Assembly (NCBI RefSeq): GCF_018350175.1
Contig: NC_058368.1
Coordinates: 60,822,001-60,886,000, forward strand
Direction: 5' to 3'
DNA length: 64,000 bases
Source of the DNA: Felis catus
Lineage: Eukaryota
Shown here: in pieces, positions 1 to 12,540 of the stretch
How the letters are laid out: each line of letters opens with the position of its first letter
Position numbering within the stretch: position 1 is the first letter of the stretch
Program-made: the position numbers and the translations under genes
The notes under the pieces: generated by a model
Database searches by the model: none
What the model saw: the letters and a program-made list of their open reading frames with translations, nothing else
What the model was told of the DNA's origin: nothing

Positions 1-124
1 TCCACTTGTTGTTCTCTCTACCTATCTAGTATATTTCTATCCTATATCCCTGAAGATGTGTTCTCAACTCAAATATGGTTTCAGAGATCCCCCCCCCCCC
101 CGCCGGCCGAAAGACGCTACTCCA

Positions 125-340
125 TATCACCTTTAAATTTACTTTTGTGAACATACTATCATACTAAATTCAGTACTTAATTAACTTGTACTTGTTTTTT
201 ATCCCTCTGTCCTCAGGGACTTGCAAGGCACATGAGAATAGAATCTTCGTATGAAGTGTTTATCGGTGTCTTCTCAGCACCAAGAATACATTAGGCACAC
301 ATTTTTGCGTCCAATAAACATGAGTTGAATACATGGATGG
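125..340 (+). mobile_element. L2 LINE 3' fragment (ancient)
   Basis: Degenerate match to the L2 3' end (…cagcaccaagaatacattaggcacac…caataaacatgagttgaatacatggatg). Confidence 0.55.
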
Positions 341-360
341 TAATCAATACAGACACTTAC

Positions 361-504
361 TGGTGGAGTGGAAATATACCATCAAATCGACACCTGATTG
401 AAGACAATCAAACACAGGACATAATGTGGAATAAAAGGAGGAGGCAAAAAAGAATGTAAGAATGTTTAAAATCCTGGTTTTTGAACTCTGTGCAAGGAGC
501 AGAG
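361..504 (-). other. Candidate 144-nt internal exon, minus strand
   Basis: Minus strand reads cttcctttgctttttacctttctaccAG|…|GTAAGTG. Length is a multiple of 3 and one frame is open (LLLAQSSKTRILNILTFFFASSFYSTLCPVFDCLQSGVDLMVYFHST). No protein recognised. Confidence 0.35.
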
Positions 505-1227
505 CTGGTAGAAAGGTAAAAAGCAAAGGAAGCTGTACAGCTGGGGCATGACAGTCCACGTACTTTTCTCCAAGGGTAAACGGTGAAGCCTTGTGTTGAG
601 AAGATGGTATCGTAATATACCAGAGACTCTAACAGCCTAGATTCACTAAGGGATACAGCAGGAGAAAGAAATGAACCTTTAGACTGTTAAGAAACTAAGA
701 TCTAGGTAGGCCCTTAATCTCCTAGGAAGTCTGTGAATGGACTTCAGGGGGTCAGTGCGTGCATTTAAATTGTACACAAAATACTGAGTGTATTTGTATC
801 TCTCTGCAAAGATGGCTGATGGTTGCATCAGAACTTCAAAGGGATCCTTCTTTTTCCTATCGTCACAGCTTCCAACAACCTCACCAAATAAGCAAGACAA
901 AAAACAAACAAAAACAAAACAACATAGTTTATATACATGTAGAAGAATTTAACATCAAGTTGGAGTGATTCTAAATTAAAGTCCAACTTGCATTAATAAT
1001 ATTTTTGCTAGAGTGTTTTGTTTGATATATTTTATCTATTCTGAAAAAAAAGGGTATGTATGCATTTATTCATTTGTGTCTAGCATTATCAGGTAATGAG
1101 GTTCTAAAACCAATTCATCTCTATACAGAGAATTAATTAATAGTATTCTAATGAAAAAATCACAAAGGACAGGAAACTTTCTGTATTCAGTGTATTTATT
1201 ATTTCATTCATTCATTTAGAATGGCAG

Positions 1228-1435
1228 GAGTAATAGGGTGTTCTAAGAGCTTAGCCTCCAAAAGAAAGATCCTGGATTTGAATCCTAACTACGATAATTG
1301 TGTGACCATGGACAACCGACTTTACAGCTCTTTGCTACACCTTCCTCATGTATAGAATTAGGATTGTAACAGTGCCTGCTTGTGATTATTGTATTGATAT
1401 TTATTGAATGGAGTGCATGAGATGTAGTGTAGTAA
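1228..1435 (+). mobile_element. MIR SINE
   Basis: MIR-like core: gatcctggatttgaatcctaac…tgtgtgaccatggacaa…cttcctcatgtatagaattagg. Confidence 0.6.
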
Positions 1436-2224
1436 GCAGAAGAGTTCTCATTTTGCATGGTTCTGCTACTGCATATCAGAACCATGCAAGTTAGCAAAGT
1501 CTGTCAGTAACAGGTCGCTGCACGTCTTTGTCTTTTCTCTGGTTCACACACAGGCAGCAAAACATTTAGTTGGGCCTCCTCCTTGTCTCACGGAAAGGAA
1601 CCCATGCAACATTTTATAAAATTGTATAATTAAAAGGAGAATTGAGCAACAAAGATGAAGGTGCAGAAACAAAAGGAAAGAAATAAAACCAAGTGAAATT
1701 AGAATGAGAAGGTAAGTGAAGTGAAAAGAAGTATGTATGAATACATATGAACAAAACAGTTGTGACAACAAAGATGAAGCATTCGCAGAGGAAGTAACAC
1801 TGTCAAATATTTCATGTTAAAGGAACTCTCAGAGGCATTTTCCAACATGGAAAGCAACAAGGATGAAATGTTGGAAGCTGATCCCAAATTTGAAAGGAGA
1901 ATGACAATTTGCCAAGACATAGAAAATAAGCTCACTCTATACCATTAGTCCAAACTGTCCTCATAGACTTTTTTTAAAGACATAAAACTGTGATTCTCAA
2001 GCTTTCAGTATTTTAAATTGCAATGTACTTGGTAAGTGTTAATTTTACTAATTTGATTTTACTGTACATTTATAACCTACAGTAATAGTTTTCAATGTTC
2101 TGACAAAATGAAGATCATTAAACAATTGTAATCTTTCCCATTGACTATGATTGCTTTGCACAATTCCAGCTTACGTGGTCATTTTTACCTTGAGGTACTA
2201 CTGTGCAAAGTGAAAATTGCCTGT
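1436..2224 (+). mobile_element. TcMar-Tigger non-autonomous element (MER82-like)
   Basis: Degenerate terminal inverted repeats; right end is gtgcaaagtgaaaattgcctg|TA. Internal aaaggaactctcagaggcattt…atgttggaagctgatcc matches the recalled consensus. Confidence 0.7.
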
Positions 2225-2479
2225 ATTAGGTGAAAGTTAGCAACACATTATTGACACAATCTTATTTTTCATATCATTCTTATTTGCCTTGGATATTTTT
2301 GAGGTTCATTTTTTTTTCTGTCATTCAATTTCATCTCCCTTGTACAGGTCTGTATAAGGTTTTGGTAATTAAATGTTTAATCCTTCTGTACTAAAACGTA
2401 TCCCACTTTCAGATTTTGGTTTGAGCATCAGTATGGTATTTTTTTTCATATAGAATTTTTAACAAAAAGTAAGTAGTGA

Positions 2480-2680
2480 AGTTGGTTAGCCTTTTCTTTT
2501 TGTTCTAGTTCTTCTGTACTAGATGCACTAGTTAGGTGGCCTTTGAAAAGCTGATTACACTCTCAATCTTTCCTTTTATTATCTGTCAACTAGAGATAAC
2601 ATTACTATCTACCTTAAACAGTTATTGAAAGAATTAAATATGTGCTAAGCTTTATAACACAGGCTACCCCATGGGAAGAA
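2480..2680 (+). mobile_element. MIR fragment
   Basis: …ttattatctgtcaactagagataacattactatctacc…gttattgaaagaattaaa resembles the MIR 3' half. Confidence 0.45.
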
Positions 2681-2719
2681 CTACAGACATCAAAATTGAT
2701 TTTATTATTAGCAAATACA

Positions 2720-3430
2720 AGTAAGTCTATCAGAAGTTGAATAAGAGGACTAAAAAGTCATGCTTGCCATCCTTAGAAAGCTCATGGTCTCATGGGAGAG
2801 TGAGAAGTAAAGGTACCTGAATAGTGGTAAGGGTTATAATAGAGATGAAAAACAAAGAGGACTAAGAGAACATGTCTGAACATAAGCCAACCCACATTGT
2901 TGGCACCAGGGAAGTGATTCCAGAAGAGGTGACAATCATACTGAAATTAAGGTGAAGAAAGACACTTAAAACAGTGACAACAGGATGTGCAAAGACAGAA
3001 AGAGAGAACGTGCGAAAAAAAAAAATTGCCAAATTTTGGGAAGTACACGTGGCTCAGGACGGCTGCTGGAAAAAAGTAAAATGAGTGTTCGGAGTTAATG
3101 TCCCAAACACTCCTGGACAGGAAAAAAAAAGAACATGTTATAAAGTGTCAAGTAAATCATTATAGGAACAATTGAAATATTGAACACAGGAGGGCCATAA
3201 ACATATTAGCAATTTAGAGAAATCAGCCAGGAAGCGGAAAGGAGGCTGGCTTACAGAGAAACAAGGCATAGCAAAGCTAGAACGTAAGAAGCATTTGGAG
3301 GAATGGCCCACATGAGACATGGGGACCTGAATGGTGGCAGTAGTGATGCCTATGTGGAATGAGGAAGAAGTGGGGAGATATTAAAGAAGTGTAACTTACA
3401 GGCTGGTACTAAAGGGGTGTCTTGGCCAAA
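2720..3430 (-). mobile_element. L2 LINE fragment, antisense
   Basis: Purine-rich antisense L2 pattern (ccttagaaagctcatggtctcatggg…cagggaagtgattccagaagaggtgaca…ttagagaaatcagcc). Confidence 0.6.
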
Positions 3431-3997
3431 AAGAGGCTGAATTTAAAGGTAAATTCTTACAGAAAAAAATCTGATTATGGAATTTAATAACATTAAATCT
3501 TACTGTAATATGTGCCTCTTGCTTTTTAAATATGACATTAATTTTAAATCTGGGTTTAAAAATATCTCTTTAACTATATAGCTACATATTTAACTACAGA
3601 CACAGATATTTTCCTATAAAGATAATCTGTAGGAATTTTTTACATAGAAAATGGGATGAATTACATAACAGTGCTTTTTACCTCAAAAGGATTAAGAAAC
3701 AAGTAACAAAGAAATTCTCAGCTCTTAAGAGCAGAATGTGACATTCTGGGTACACCTGTTTCATCTGCATTTCAGTGTCCTTTTCATGAGGACCCCCAAG
3801 AGAAACTATTATCTGATTTAAGTATGAAGTATAGTGCACTTCTCCTCAGCAATTGTTTTGTTTGAATCTCATGGCCATTGTAAATTTTATACCTTACAAG
3901 CTTTCTAATTTGTAATTCAGATCTATTTTTGTGGTTTATCTATAGTAGACTTGTGGGTTACGATGACATTTTCTTATTCTACTTTGTTCCTACATCA

Positions 3998-4000
<3 letters not shown>

Positions 4001-4052
<52 letters not shown>
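4001..4052. repeat. (GT)26 microsatellite
   Basis: Perfect dinucleotide run. Confidence 0.98.
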
Positions 4053-4054
<2 letters not shown>

Positions 4055-5334
4055 AATGGCACTTTTATCTTTTCATTTTATGCTTCCTTGTAAGATATCT
4101 TAAATCGTTTTGGGAACAATATGTGACATGCATAATAGATAAAAATCATTCCCATGGCTTGATTCTCTGCATTAGGAAATGTGTTTTCTATTCATTAAAG
4201 GTTGAAGGGTCCTCTCTATCCTTTGTACATTTTGTAAAATCTCTTTACGTAGAATCACTTACCAAGGAGTTGATGCTCTGGATATACAACCTGCACAGAA
4301 AAGTATCTAAAGTATACAGCTATTACTTCTGTGATTCTCAAAGCCTTATCCAGTCCTGCCTCCAACTATGCCTGAAAAAACGATGTTGCTTTTGATAAAT
4401 GTGAAAGAACAGCCACTAGAGGTGCTCACCTACTGTCCAGTCAGAAATCCTTCCTCACTGTGTAATCAGACACTGGCCTTCCCCCCTCTCAGTTACTGCT
4501 AAGGCTGCCATATAAAGTGTGGACTACAGCAAAAGCCTCACTGATACCCAATGTTTGACGTTCCCTGAGTATTGCTAAATGCTCCTTAGAAAACTCTACC
4601 GGAGATTTCAAATTCATTATGCTATGGAAGAATGATCTAATTCAAAGGCATTTCTGCTTTGATAACTTATCTACCTTTAAAAATCACATTTCTTATTTCT
4701 ATTTTCTAGCTGCACAAGAAGGAAAAGAGAACATATTTGACAGCCTTTGAAAGATAATTGATGGCGATAGAGAAAATCATCTAGCTTTGAACTAGAGCAT
4801 AAAAATGACAAATGTATTACATGGGATCTTTTTCTCACTCTCTCCATCTTTAGGTATTTGGTTCTAAAATGGATCTAATTCCTATAAAGGCAGTCTTATA
4901 ATATTTTGGGCTTACACTTTGATACATAAGTTATTAGGGCTTAAAAGTCTGTTACCATAAAATGAAATGTATATTGTGCATGATAGCAGAGGGGAGGTGG
5001 CTGTCTTAAAAAGAATTGTGACATTTTCTTCCACTGAATTCTCTCCTTAGGGTAGAAGACCCTCTATCCCATACTTCACCTTCCCTAGGTAAAATAGTTG
5101 TTTGCAGATAGAATAAGTTGGAAATGAATTCTATTCTGCTCTTAACAGTGGAGCTTGGTAAACTGATTCTCTTAATTAAGCATTTAGACCAACAAAATGC
5201 ATCATTTCCATTTCCGACATATTGCATTCTTTATGTCAAATGTAATTCCTCACTTCTTTCTTATCCATGACAAAACTAATATATTAATTGGCATGATGTT
5301 TAAACAGGCTCTTCTTCAGAAAGAAAAATGACTA

Positions 5335-5560
5335 GGGGCGCCTGGGTGGCGCAGTCGGTTAAGCGTCCGACTTCAGCCAGGTCACGATCTCGCGGTCCGT
5401 GAGTTCGAGCCCCGCGTCGGGCTCTGGGCTGATGGCTCAGAGCCTGGAGCCTGTTTCCGATTCTGTGTCTCCCTCTCTCTCTGCCCCTTGCCCGTTCATG
5501 CTCTGTCTCTCTCTGTCTCAAAAATAAATAAACGTTGAAAAAAAAATTAAAAAAAAAAAA
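5335..5560 (+). mobile_element. Young felid Can-SINE (SINEC_Fc type) with perfect 17-bp TSD
   Basis: tRNA-derived head with A box TGGCGCAGTCGG (5347) and B box GTTCGAGCC (5403), (CT)n tract, A-tail and intact CpGs. TSD agaaagaaaaatgacta at 5318-5334 and 5561-5577. Confidence 0.97.
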
Positions 5561-6517
5561 AGAAAGAAAAATGACTAAAATAAATCTCTGAAAACGAATT
5601 CTGGCATTTTTACAGAAGTAGAGGATTATCTGAAACTAAATGATCTCTCTTGGTCTGAAGTTACATAGTGGAAAATACATTGTTAGGGAACTTGGGTTAT
5701 CTTTATCGTCATTAATATCTAGGGAAAGTGCTGGATTTTCTAGCCTCAACTTCTCTGTATTTGTTATAGAAATCCTGGCATTTCTTTCTAAAATAATATT
5801 GTAGAGATTAAATTGAAACAATATACTTAAAAGCTTTTGACATGTGCATAGGGATTCTAGAACTTGGTTCCATTTTCCTTTGATCCCAATTCTATGGTAC
5901 TTCCCTTTTATCATACAACAAATGCTGTGATCTTTGGGCAGTTGGGAGCAGCTGAGGCATGGATAAAACTGTTAGAGAATATCTTCAAGGTGCTGGAAAT
6001 GGGCTGGAGGACAGAGCATCTGACAAAGAGTTTGACCCTTGGCTCCCTTGGCTGAAGTGAAGGAATATGTGTTACTATTCCTTCACCTTAACATCTCATT
6101 TAAAAAAGAAAGTATAAATGGTAGTTGCGCTTGAAGGCTCAGACATTTCCTGCTTTGCCACTGTGAGAATACGGGGATCTTGGAGAAGAGCAAGGTTTCC
6201 TTGCCAGCAGAGTGCTGACAGCCTGTCCTGTGATGCAAGCCTAAAGAGCCAGACTCCATTGTCTTTGTACTTGCAGGGTTTCTACAGTGAGAGGGCACTA
6301 TCACAAACAAACCTGAGTTTCTTGAAGCCCAGAAGAGAAATAACAGCCCTCCAGAGGAGGCCCAATAGCCAAAGAGGATAATCAGGCAGAATAACCAGAA
6401 CACAGACTTAGTGGAACTAAACGGTTTAACGAGAACTGAGTGAAAACAAAACAAGACAAAAATTAGGAAGAGTAAATAGGAGACCAGTGAGCAGTATTAA
6501 AATCTAAAACCAAACTC

Positions 6518-6522
<5 letters not shown>

Positions 6523-6582
<60 letters not shown>

Positions 6583-6592
6583 TACCACACAC
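6523..6592. repeat. Compound (CT)n(CA)n microsatellite
   Basis: Seen directly in the sequence. Confidence 0.95.
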
Positions 6593-6744
6593 CAGCAATA
6601 ACTGATTGCAAAAAATAATAAGAACCCCTCCCCACCCTCCAAAAAAGCTATTCTGGAGCTTAAAAACATGATTTTACCTCAAATTTCACTTTAAGAACAG
6701 AAGAAGAAAAGTGGTCTCTGTTAAAATCCAACTATGAGATCCTG

Positions 6745-6810
6745 AGCAAGAGTTAGCAAAATTTTTCTGTCAAGGGTCAATAATAAAGTTTTTTGGGTTT
6801 GGGGTAGCTT
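6745..6810 (+). mobile_element. hAT-Charlie MER58-like 5' fragment
   Basis: caagagttagcaaaatttttctgtcaagggtcaataataaag resembles the MER58 left end. Confidence 0.4.
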
Positions 6811-7757
6811 GGAAGTAAGGTAAAGTCTCAAGTCCTGAAATTAAGTACAAATAGATATAGACTTTTATCAAAGATATTTAATGAACACATGATCATAGTA
6901 GAGAATAGTAAGTAAAGATGAAAGCCAAAAAATAAATAAATAAAGGACTGAATAGATTATAGTACTTCCACACCATGTTATATAGCACAACATAAAGTTT
7001 ACCAAGGGAAAGAGTGTCAGCTTTTTAACACAGGGGAGAGCTCAGGAAGGGAAGAGAGGCCAGTCATGGAAAAAATAAAAACAAAAGATTGATCAAAATC
7101 CATATATACAAAGAAAATATTATGTAAATATGAAATTATAATAGTAATGTTATATTGTTTGTATCCAGTGGGTTGTGTTTACCCTGTATTATTTACAGAA
7201 AGCTGTCTCATGAAGAATGACACATCTGAATTCTAGTAAGATTGGAGGATGGATGTTAGTGACAAAGGTGTTAGGAATCACATGTGTCAGTCACCTTATT
7301 ATATATGTGATGGAATTACAATGCAACAGACTATGGAATGCGAGCAGATCACAATGCATTAACTGGCAAAACATTACAATGTTACTTAGCATTTCTAAAA
7401 GTATTTAAAAGAAACCAGCCCCAGTGCTGTCATGCCAGTTCAACTTGTACATAACAAGCCAGGTTACTCAGGTTTGTTTTCTATACCTGGATCAATCAGG
7501 TAAGAGTTCACAATAAAAATCGAAACAACAGGAAATAGCACTAAAGGACATCCACGTAAAGGACCTCAAAGTCTTTTTGAGTTCTAAAATAACACGCTAG
7601 CTAGCTGTTATATGTGCTCATGGCTCCTACGAGTTTCTCTTTGGGTTCTTAGCCTAGTGTTTAACTTATGTTTTCTATTCTAGCATGTGTGGTACAGTTT
7701 TTCTTTAAAAAAACTCATATGAGTTTGCTGAAAACAGAAATAAAAATAAATAATACA

Positions 7758-7978
7758 GGGCACTTGGGTGGCTCAGTTGGTTAAGCATCAGACTTCAGCT
7801 CAGGTCATGATCTGACAGTTCATGGGTTCCAGCCCCGTATCTGGTTCTGTATTGACAGCTCAGAGCCTGGAGCCTGCTTCGGATTCTGTGTCTCCCTCTC
7901 TCTCTGCTCCTCCACCACTCATACTCTGTCTCTGTCTCTCTCAAAAATAAACGTTAAATTTTTTTAAAAAAATAAATA
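7758..7978 (+). mobile_element. Can-SINE (SINEC_Fc)
   Basis: gggcacttgggtggctcagttggttaagc…cagagcctggagcc…(CT)n…A-tail. Confidence 0.95.
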
Positions 7979-8035
7979 TTACATATCACTTAACAGGATG
8001 CGTTTTTTAATGTTTTTAATTAAAAAAAAAAACTT

Positions 8036-8241
8036 GGGGTGTCTGGGTGGCTCAGTCGGTTAAGCATCCAACTTCAGCTCAGGTCATGATCTCATGGTTC
8101 GTGGGTTTGAGCCCTGCGTCAGGCTCTGTGCTGACAGCTCAGAGCCTGGAGCCTGCTTCAGATTCTGAGTCTCCCTCTTTCTCTGTCTCTCTCTCTCTCT
8201 CAAAAATAAAAATAAACATTAAAAAATAAAATATAAAAAAA
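8036..8241 (+). mobile_element. Can-SINE (SINEC_Fc)
   Basis: Same head, body and tail pattern. Confidence 0.95.
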
Positions 8242-9825
8242 TATTTTTTTACTATAGGAATAGCACGTATGTCAGCACAAATTCCAGTTTTTGATGATTT
8301 TTATAGCATTCGGGTGCCTTACATTAATTGCATTGTCTCCTTTTCAATATGATTTAGTCATTAATGGTCATGAAGTCAATCCAGGTACAGAAAAGAAAGT
8401 AACTCAGGGGAGTTTGCTTTGAAGATGAGGTCATGTGTGGATGAGTGCACACTTTCACCATATTATCTTGTACATCTCCTCATTTGGTTTGTTTTCATTT
8501 TTTTTTTAAGAAATGGAAGACTTATTTAAAATGAGCTCTGAACATTCATTTTAATATAAATCAGTCTGTGCTACAATTGTTATGCCAATCACTTGAAAGA
8601 TTAAATAAAAAATGGAGTTGTGAAATCAGTTATGTTAGAATTTGGTACCAGGGGAAGCTGTATCGATTGACATTACAAGGGTGCTGGGGAAAAAGGTGGT
8701 TTAGGTTAAAGTAGTAACCATAGAACAAGAGGGGTCTAGCGGGAGATACAAACATAGCAGTGTTCCTGATATTTGATAGTGATATTTCCTCAGTATTTCT
8801 TTGGTTTAAGATCTTTGCCTTTTTTCCCCAGCTTTCAAAGCAGATTTCATCCCAAACATTCAGAGTGGCAAATGTTAAGCTTTTTTCATGAGTATGCATT
8901 TATATGTATTTTCAATTTCTTAAAGACCCAACACTAAACATTCAGAGGTGTTTAGGGCAAGTTCCTTCCATTGCTTCTTTTTGATAATCTCTTTCATGTA
9001 ATTACCATTTAAAAGAGAATAACTTTCATAATATAAATATGTCTTTTATAACCAGGAAGGAGGCACAAAGATTGGTTAAATCTGATTAAGTCATAATTAC
9101 AACCCTATCTCTTGCTAAGCTCTTTACACTGGGGCAAGTTTTAAAATCTCTCTCCTACACAATTCTCTCATCACAACATGAATATAACAATACAATCTAA
9201 AGCACAGTGCTGTTGTAAAGACAAAATAACACTTGTAAAGATCTTGAAAAAAAAAACACAAAATAGTTGCTTAACAAACACTATCTATTATTGTCGTGAC
9301 TTGGTAAATATGTGTCTTTCTTAGAATACTCAGGGCAAGCAGCAAAGTCTGAGAACTATTCTTACTGTCATTTAGTGTTGCTATTTCATTTTGAATATAG
9401 ATAGTATAAAGTTCCTCTGGATCTTTATTCAAGTTGGACAGAAACATGCTTTAAGATTTCTGGAATAAAACCAGAGATACTGACAAGACTCAGAAATTTC
9501 TGAGGAGAGCCAAGAGAAGATTAAGAAGTACAGTTAAGATTTACTTAAATGTACCTATACTTCTCTAAGTTATCAATCTAGGTGACGCTTCTCAGGAACA
9601 CCCACCTTAGTGTTTCAAGTACTCTAAACTCTAGGCTGCCATTACTCTTAAAAGTTGAAGTCACTACATACTTAGTCTTCAGTCTTCATACCATTGCAAC
9701 AAAAGCTATTTTCTAGGGATAAGTCTCACTGTTACTCACTGTCACATGGATGGTTGATGGCATTATCTTCCTTGGCCAGTGCAAAGACAGGTGCACCATA
9801 TCAAGCTGACATGTTCTTTAGGTAT

Positions 9826-10202
9826 TGTAATGGGCTGAATTGTGTCTCACCAAAATTCAAATGTTGAAGACCTAATCCCCAGTACCATAGAATGTAACCA
9901 TATTTGGTGATAGGGCTTTAACGAGGTAATTAAGGTTAAATGAGATTATAATGGTGAGGCCCTGATCCATTATGATTGGTGTCCTTATCAGAAGAGGAAA
10001 AAATATAGAGGGTGTGCACACACAGAGTAAAGTCCATTTAAGGATCCAGTGAGAAGGCAGCTGGTCTGCAAGCCAGGGAGAGAGATCTCAGGAGAAACCC
10101 ACACCTTGATCTTAGACTTCCAGACTCCAGAACTGTGAGAAAATAAACGCAAGCCACTCCAGCTGTGGTATTTTATTATGACAGTCCTAGAAAACTGATA
10201 CA
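9826..10202 (+). mobile_element. ERVL-MaLR solo LTR (MLT1A/B-like)
   Basis: TG…CA termini (tgtaatgggctgaattgtgtc…aaaactgataca), AATAAA near the 3' end, and flanks ggtat/tgtat resembling a 5-bp TSD. Confidence 0.85.
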
Positions 10203-10416
10203 TGTATTGAACATGGATGAGAAAGGCATCTAGAATTTGGATGTATTACCACTATCCAATAGTTTTTGTTGTGTCATAGTTATCATTCCCAAAACAATCA
10301 TATCTTCATGGGGAGATATTTGTAGAATTCCTCCAGAAATACCAGTAGTACTTTATAGTCTATATAATGTTTCTTCCACCCATATGCAGGAAGAATGCTT
10401 TGTGGATTTGGCTTTC

Positions 10417-10636
10417 TTTTAAAAATATTTTAATGTTTATTTATTTTTTGAGAGACACAGAGAAAAAGAGCATGAGTAGGGGAGGGGCAGGGAGAGAGGG
10501 ATACACAGAATCTGAGCAGGCTCTAGGCTCTGAGCTGTCCACACAGAACCCGAAGTGGGGCTTGAACTCATGAACTGTGAGATCATGACCTGAACCAAAA
10601 TCAGACGCTTAACCAACTGAGCCACCCAGGTGCCCC
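10417..10636 (-). mobile_element. Can-SINE (SINEC_Fc)
   Basis: Reverse-complement SINE ending gagccacccaggtgcccc. Confidence 0.95.
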
Positions 10637-11459
10637 AGATTTTGCTTTAATAACTTCTCCCCATCCTTAGCCTTTAGCAAAAAACTATAGACAAAGGTAC
10701 CCTTACCTCCCAACACACACTTCATCATTCCGAGAGTAGGGAGCTGTAAGCAAGTGAGATTCAAGGACTGCTTCTTTTGTCTCCAGGCTTCCATACAAAG
10801 TTCCAACTGAGGCCAAATACTGCTCTCTAGCCAGCTCAACAAAATATTAGACTAATACTATGAAAAGACTTGGATTTCAGTTACTCTGGTTAGGCCTGAA
10901 GAGCCCAGGAAACCAAAGTAATGCTTACTACTTTCATCACTTCCACAAAATACTCCAGGAAATGTAATTTCCTGGCTCAATGCCATCCGGTTGTTGAGTG
11001 ATTAATGTGTCAGCTCCTACTTATATTAAGCCTGAAGGATGAAAGCCTTTTGAAATCCATATGGCATGGTCTCCTTCTCTTTGCCTATCTTCTGTTAAAT
11101 TCAGCTAAAGGGGTCTGAAGATTCTGGGTAGCAGTTGTATGGGGATGGGGTAAATAGTAGCCAGATGGGTTAGACTTAAAAATCAACAGAGTCTTGATGA
11201 TTCCAACAACTCTAGAACATCTGCATGTAAGTCATTACTTAGTAGGATGTAGATTGCATCATGCATACCACATGTTGCATCCATCCTCTCCTAAGGAAGA
11301 ATCTTGAAAGATATTAATCCCTATTGTTTTTAGTATGGTTGTTGACTCCTGTCTGTCTAAAGCTACCTCTGCGTCATTTGCTACGGAAAAGACTTCTAGA
11401 GCTTACCCATAATCAGTTTCCTGTTCTTCCTGGGCATAAAGAAGGCTGAGATTTGTAGG

Positions 11460-11640
11460 CAGGCTTCAATTCTCAAACCATTAGGATGAAGTTACTAGTT
11501 TTATCTCCATTTTACACATGAAGAAACTAATATGTAAGAAGATATATGAAAATAAAAGTGGCCAGGTCAACGGCCAGTTGGTAGAGCCGATATTCAAATA
11601 CAAACACTACTGTTTCCAAGCCTGCATCCTCAAGCACTCG
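11460..11640 (-). mobile_element. MIR SINE
   Basis: tctccattttacacatgaagaaact matches the MIR core. Confidence 0.6.
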
Positions 11641-12540
11641 TCTATTGCTTATTGTCCTTTTTGCAAATACTGCTCAGATTTATTTTCAGCCTCATGTTTT
11701 ACTCAACTTGTTGTGTGATTTTAACCTTTGGTAAAAATACTGTAGAGGAAGAGTAGGAGCAGGCAGTAGGTAAAGGGTAGATAAAGAACCTGTCCTCATG
11801 TCCTAACACATGAGGTGGGTAATTTAGCTTTCAATTTAGGAAATCATGTTGCAGACTCAACTTTCTAGATGGGCAGCTACTGCTACTGGGCCTATGAAAC
11901 ATTCAAGTAAGAAACTAATAGACATTTGATTCAAAGAGCAGTAAATATCTTTCAAGATACACCTGAACAAAATGGCCATTTAATTATCCTCATCTTCCTC
12001 AACTAACCTCAGATCATTTCTTTAAGCTTAAGCACCTTGTAAAACGCACCAAAGAAGGGAGCACACGGTCAGTTAAACCACAGGCTATTAGAGATGATCT
12101 AAGCCTGACATCTCCCTCTTAATATTACACTATCAGAGTCTGCCAGATTTTACCTTTGGTTTCTTGAATTTATGAACAGATCTTTTCTGCACAGATTCTA
12201 TTTTCAGTTCAGACTACATGCTTATTGAATCAGGAAGAAATTTGAAAGGAGATATTTATGTCGGGCTAATCTGACATCTGACTCTTCTAAGAGTTTTAAC
12301 TTGCTTCAAAGCCTTCTAACCAGTTTCCCTGATTCTATATTCTCGGCTCCATCTACCCATTCTCCAAACATTCAGGGAAATCTTAAAAAAATGGTAAGTA
12401 AGCACATAAATAATTAAATCAGATCATGCTAGTCTCCACTGAAACCTCGTAAGTGGCTTTTCTTCTTGTTTAAAGTATAATTTCAACTCTTCATTATGCT
12501 CTACAGAGTGCTGCTTTATCTGGTCCCTGGCATCCTCACA

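Noticed and set aside
5347-5411. tRNA gene (A and B boxes)
   Set aside because: This is the tRNA-derived head of a Can-SINE, not a cloverleaf gene.
5300-5521. SINE-spanning ORFs (also 8047, 10437, 50489, 61548, 63027)
   Set aside because: Read-through of the Can-SINE consensus.
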